Below are positions 61,632 to 64,000 of a stretch of DNA of 64,000 nucleotides, one piece after another (the first letter of the stretch is position 1; every line of letters begins with the position of its first letter). Both the position numbers and the translations under genes were made by a program. The DNA is from an uncultured delta proteobacterium (GTDB lineage Bacteria; Myxococcota; Myxococcia; Myxococcales; Myxococcaceae). The notes under the pieces are model-generated. The model was not told where the DNA came from, made no database searches, and saw only the letters and a program-made list of their open reading frames with translations. The stretch is from the NCBI GenBank assembly GCA_963771175.1, contig CAVYSY010000044.1, forward strand, positions 1 through 64,000, given 5' to 3'.

Positions 61632-62363
61632 TCATCGCCTCCGGCGCCCGGACCCGGCCAGCCAGTCCTTGAGGGCGATGGGCAGGTAGAGGACGACGAG
61701 CGTGGCGAAGCCCACGCCGACGAGGGAGAGGATGTACCAGGGCCAGGGCCCGAGCTCGTCGATGAGCGAGGGGAAGTCCGGCCTGCGCCCGATGAACAGG
61801 TAGTTGCTGCCGAGCAACAGGTTCAGTCCGAAGATCGCCGCCGTATACGCGAGCATCCAGCCCGCCACGCGCCACAGCGAGCCCCACGTCGGTCGGAAAC
61901 CCTCCACCACGGTGAAGTAGACGCCGGTGGTGATGATCCCCCCGTGAACGCTCATGGAGGTGAAGAAGTACAGGTGCGGGTAGCCGTAGATGCCGACGTT
62001 GGACGTCACCAGCGCCTGGAGCGCGCCGCCGATACCGAGGAAGTAGATGAACTCGTAGAGCAGCCGGCTCCGCGTCAGCAGCAAGGCGATGCTGAGCAGG
62101 GCGGTCAGGTCGCACAGGTGAAGGGGGAGATCAACGCGGACGTCCCAGAGTCCGACCAGCACTCGCCACACGGCGTGCGCGCCGAAGCACACGGAGATCA
62201 GGGCCGCCAGCCCGAGGCGGAAGGCGCGGCGCCCCGCATCGCCCAGCACGCTCCGCAGCGGAACGAGCGCCACGTTGACGGCCAGTACGATTCCCAGCAC
62301 GACGAGGTGCGGAGGAGCGAACATCTTGAACTCCATCCCCTCCGGGTGGGCGCTGAAGTCCAC
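61632..62363 (-). CDS. TIGR02206/YwaF-like integral membrane protein
   Basis: LPLHLCD, GSNYLF, LGPWPWYI. Confidence 0.82.
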   Translation of the reverse strand: MDFSAHPEGMEFKMFAPPHLVVLGIVLAVNVALVPLRSVLGDAGRRAFRLGLAALISVCFGAHAVWRVLVGLWDVRVDLPLHLCDLTALLSIALLLTRSRLLYEFIYFLGIGGALQALVTSNVGIYGYPHLYFFTSMSVHGGIITTGVYFTVVEGFRPTWGSLWRVAGWMLAYTAAIFGLNLLLGSNYLFIGRRPDFPSLIDELGPWPWYILSLVGVGFATLVVLYLPIALKDWLAGSGRRRR

Positions 62364-62372
62364 GTCTCGGAC

Positions 62373-63056
62373 TCACGCCGCTCGGGTCGCGAAGAACCGT
62401 GCCCGGAGCTGCTCCAGCGGGGTGGCCCAGTGGTCCTCCCACAGGACACTCGCCATCTCCGGCGAGCTCCTGCCCCGCTGGTACGCGGTGCGAATCCGCC
62501 GCAGGTACTCGCGCTTCGGTACCGTCACCTGCTCGTTGCTCCACCCCGCGAACACCGCGAAGAGCGAGGTGGGGGTGCCCAGGTTCCCGAACTGGAACGC
62601 CTGCAGCTCCATCTCCCCCAGCATGTCCGTGCCGTAGCCGGTGAGCAGGTGGTGGAGGTCATGGCTCTCGCGCATGCGCTTGCCGAGGTACTGGCCATCG
62701 CTCATCTCGCGCGCGAGGGTGAAGATGGGCTCGACGCCCGGGTTGCCCTCGTAGAAGCGCGCGAACTCGCGCCCGAGCGTCCCCGGGGGCAGCTTCGCGA
62801 GCGCCTCGAAGTCCACATGGCCCCTGCAGAGCTCGGGGCGCTGCCCCAGGAGGCGGCGGCCCGCGGGGAGCTTCGCGAACCCCCGGGCCATGGAGGCCAG
62901 CTTGCCGCCGTCGAGCGCGTCCTGGAACAGCATGCCGTAGACGGGCTCGGCGGGGTTGCGCATCAGCACCCGGACGGAGAGGACCCCCACCCGGAGGCGG
63001 GTGAAGAGGGAGGCGTTCGGGGGAAGCGACGGGTACTGCGAAGCACGCTGCTCCAT
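62373..63056 (-). CDS. Coq4 family protein
   Basis: LPPGTLG, HDLHHLLTGYGTD..GE. Confidence 0.85.
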   Translation of the reverse strand: MEQRASQYPSLPPNASLFTRLRVGVLSVRVLMRNPAEPVYGMLFQDALDGGKLASMARGFAKLPAGRRLLGQRPELCRGHVDFEALAKLPPGTLGREFARFYEGNPGVEPIFTLAREMSDGQYLGKRMRESHDLHHLLTGYGTDMLGEMELQAFQFGNLGTPTSLFAVFAGWSNEQVTVPKREYLRRIRTAYQRGRSSPEMASVLWEDHWATPLEQLRARFFATRAA

Positions 63057-63245
63057 CGAGGCTCCTCGCGGACTCGGACTCCAGGCGGGCCCCCATCGGA
63101 GCGCGCGACAGTCGACACTGTACCCGAACCCGGGGGAGGCGCTGGCTCACGGAGTTCGCCCCTCCGGTCCCCCGGAGGCAGTGGGCACGAGGCCCCATGC
63201 GACGCATCGTGACGCCCTGCAATCCCATGAAGGGGGAGGGGAAGC

Positions 63246-64000
63246 ATGCGTGTCTGGCTTCGTGTGGCGTGGGTCTGTACCCTGGTGGTGGGATGCGGTG
63301 GACCACTCCCGGAGGAGTCGCCTCCGGAAGAGCCCTCGCAAGAGGTCACCTCGGACGAGGGCGCTCCGGACGAGGTGTCCGAGCTGTGGAAGAAGCCGCC
63401 GAGGCTCGGCACGCCCTTCCTGGTGGAGGACATCTTCCCGCCCCCTTCAACGCCCCCAACCTTTCCCATCCTGGGGCCTCTGCCCACGAACCTGGTGGAC
63501 TTCCGGGGGACGCTCTTCTTCGCGGCCAACGGCAACGCGCTCGGGGCGTCGGCGCTGTGGCGCAGCGACGGCACGGCCCCCGGTACCTTCCCGGTGGGCG
63601 AGCCCGAGGCTCCCGGCTCCGTCGGAGAGCTGCTCGTCGTGCGGAACCGGCTCTTCTTCACCGCGAGCGATGCGGCCCACGGCTCCGAGCTCTGGGTGAG
63701 CGACGGCACGTCCGCGGGCACCCGGTTGCTGAAAGACATCACCCCGGGCTCCGAGGACTCGACGCTGGGGGCCTTCACCCGGGTGGGAGACACGCTGTTC
63801 TTCTCCCGTCGGCTCCCGAGCGACCCGCCCGGCGAGGAGCGCCTCGAATTGTGGAAGAGCGACGGCACCCGGTCCGGCACGGTGCGCGTGAAGGAGCTGG
63901 GCCCGGGCTTCATCCTGTTCAACACGGCAGCGCTGGACGACGACACGCTCTTCTTCGTCTTCAATGATGAGGCGCACGGCGTCGAGCCGTGGGTGAGCGA
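63246..64000 (+). CDS. ELWxxDGT repeat lipoprotein (partial, runs off window)
   Basis: Manual translation MRVWLRVAWVCTLVVGC..; LWRSDGT, ELWVSDGT, ELWKSDGT. Confidence 0.88.
   Translation, partial: MRVWLRVAWVCTLVVGCGGPLPEESPPEEPSQEVTSDEGAPDEVSELWKKPPRLGTPFLVEDIFPPPSTPPTFPILGPLPTNLVDFRGTLFFAANGNALGASALWRSDGTAPGTFPVGEPEAPGSVGELLVVRNRLFFTASDAAHGSELWVSDGTSAGTRLLKDITPGSEDSTLGAFTRVGDTLFFSRRLPSDPPGEERLELWKSDGTRSGTVRVKELGPGFILFNTAALDDDTLFFVFNDEAHGVEPWVS

Overview
High-GC genomic window, most likely from a myxobacterium (Archangiaceae/Myxococcaceae-like gene content; inferred). The core content is a terpenoid-type operon flanked by a Ser/Thr kinase, an FHA protein and a methyltransferase (2.5-14.6 kb), a lipase/foldase pair, mobA/moeA/mobB/fdhD, a LysR regulator, trxA, Uma2, Coq4 and an ELWxxDGT lipoprotein. 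Two accessory regions stand out. (1) A ~21 kb island (25.4-46.5 kb) is bounded by a ~157 bp direct repeat of an SDR gene 3' end. Its only intact mobility gene is an HUH/Y1 REP-associated tyrosine transposase (RAYT-like). It is punctuated by a ~68 bp palindromic GGTGTC...GACACC repeat and its half-sites, which separate single-gene cargo units and abut truncated or duplicated gene pieces, resembling a RAYT-driven gene-capture/cassette array. (2) An AHH-nuclease toxin/immunity island (56.4-61.6 kb) starts at the same repeat half-site, and its toxin is split by a 2.85 kb large-serine-recombinase element. Several genes carry single-base frameshifts that may be sequencing errors. All family assignments come from motif recognition by eye, not database searches.
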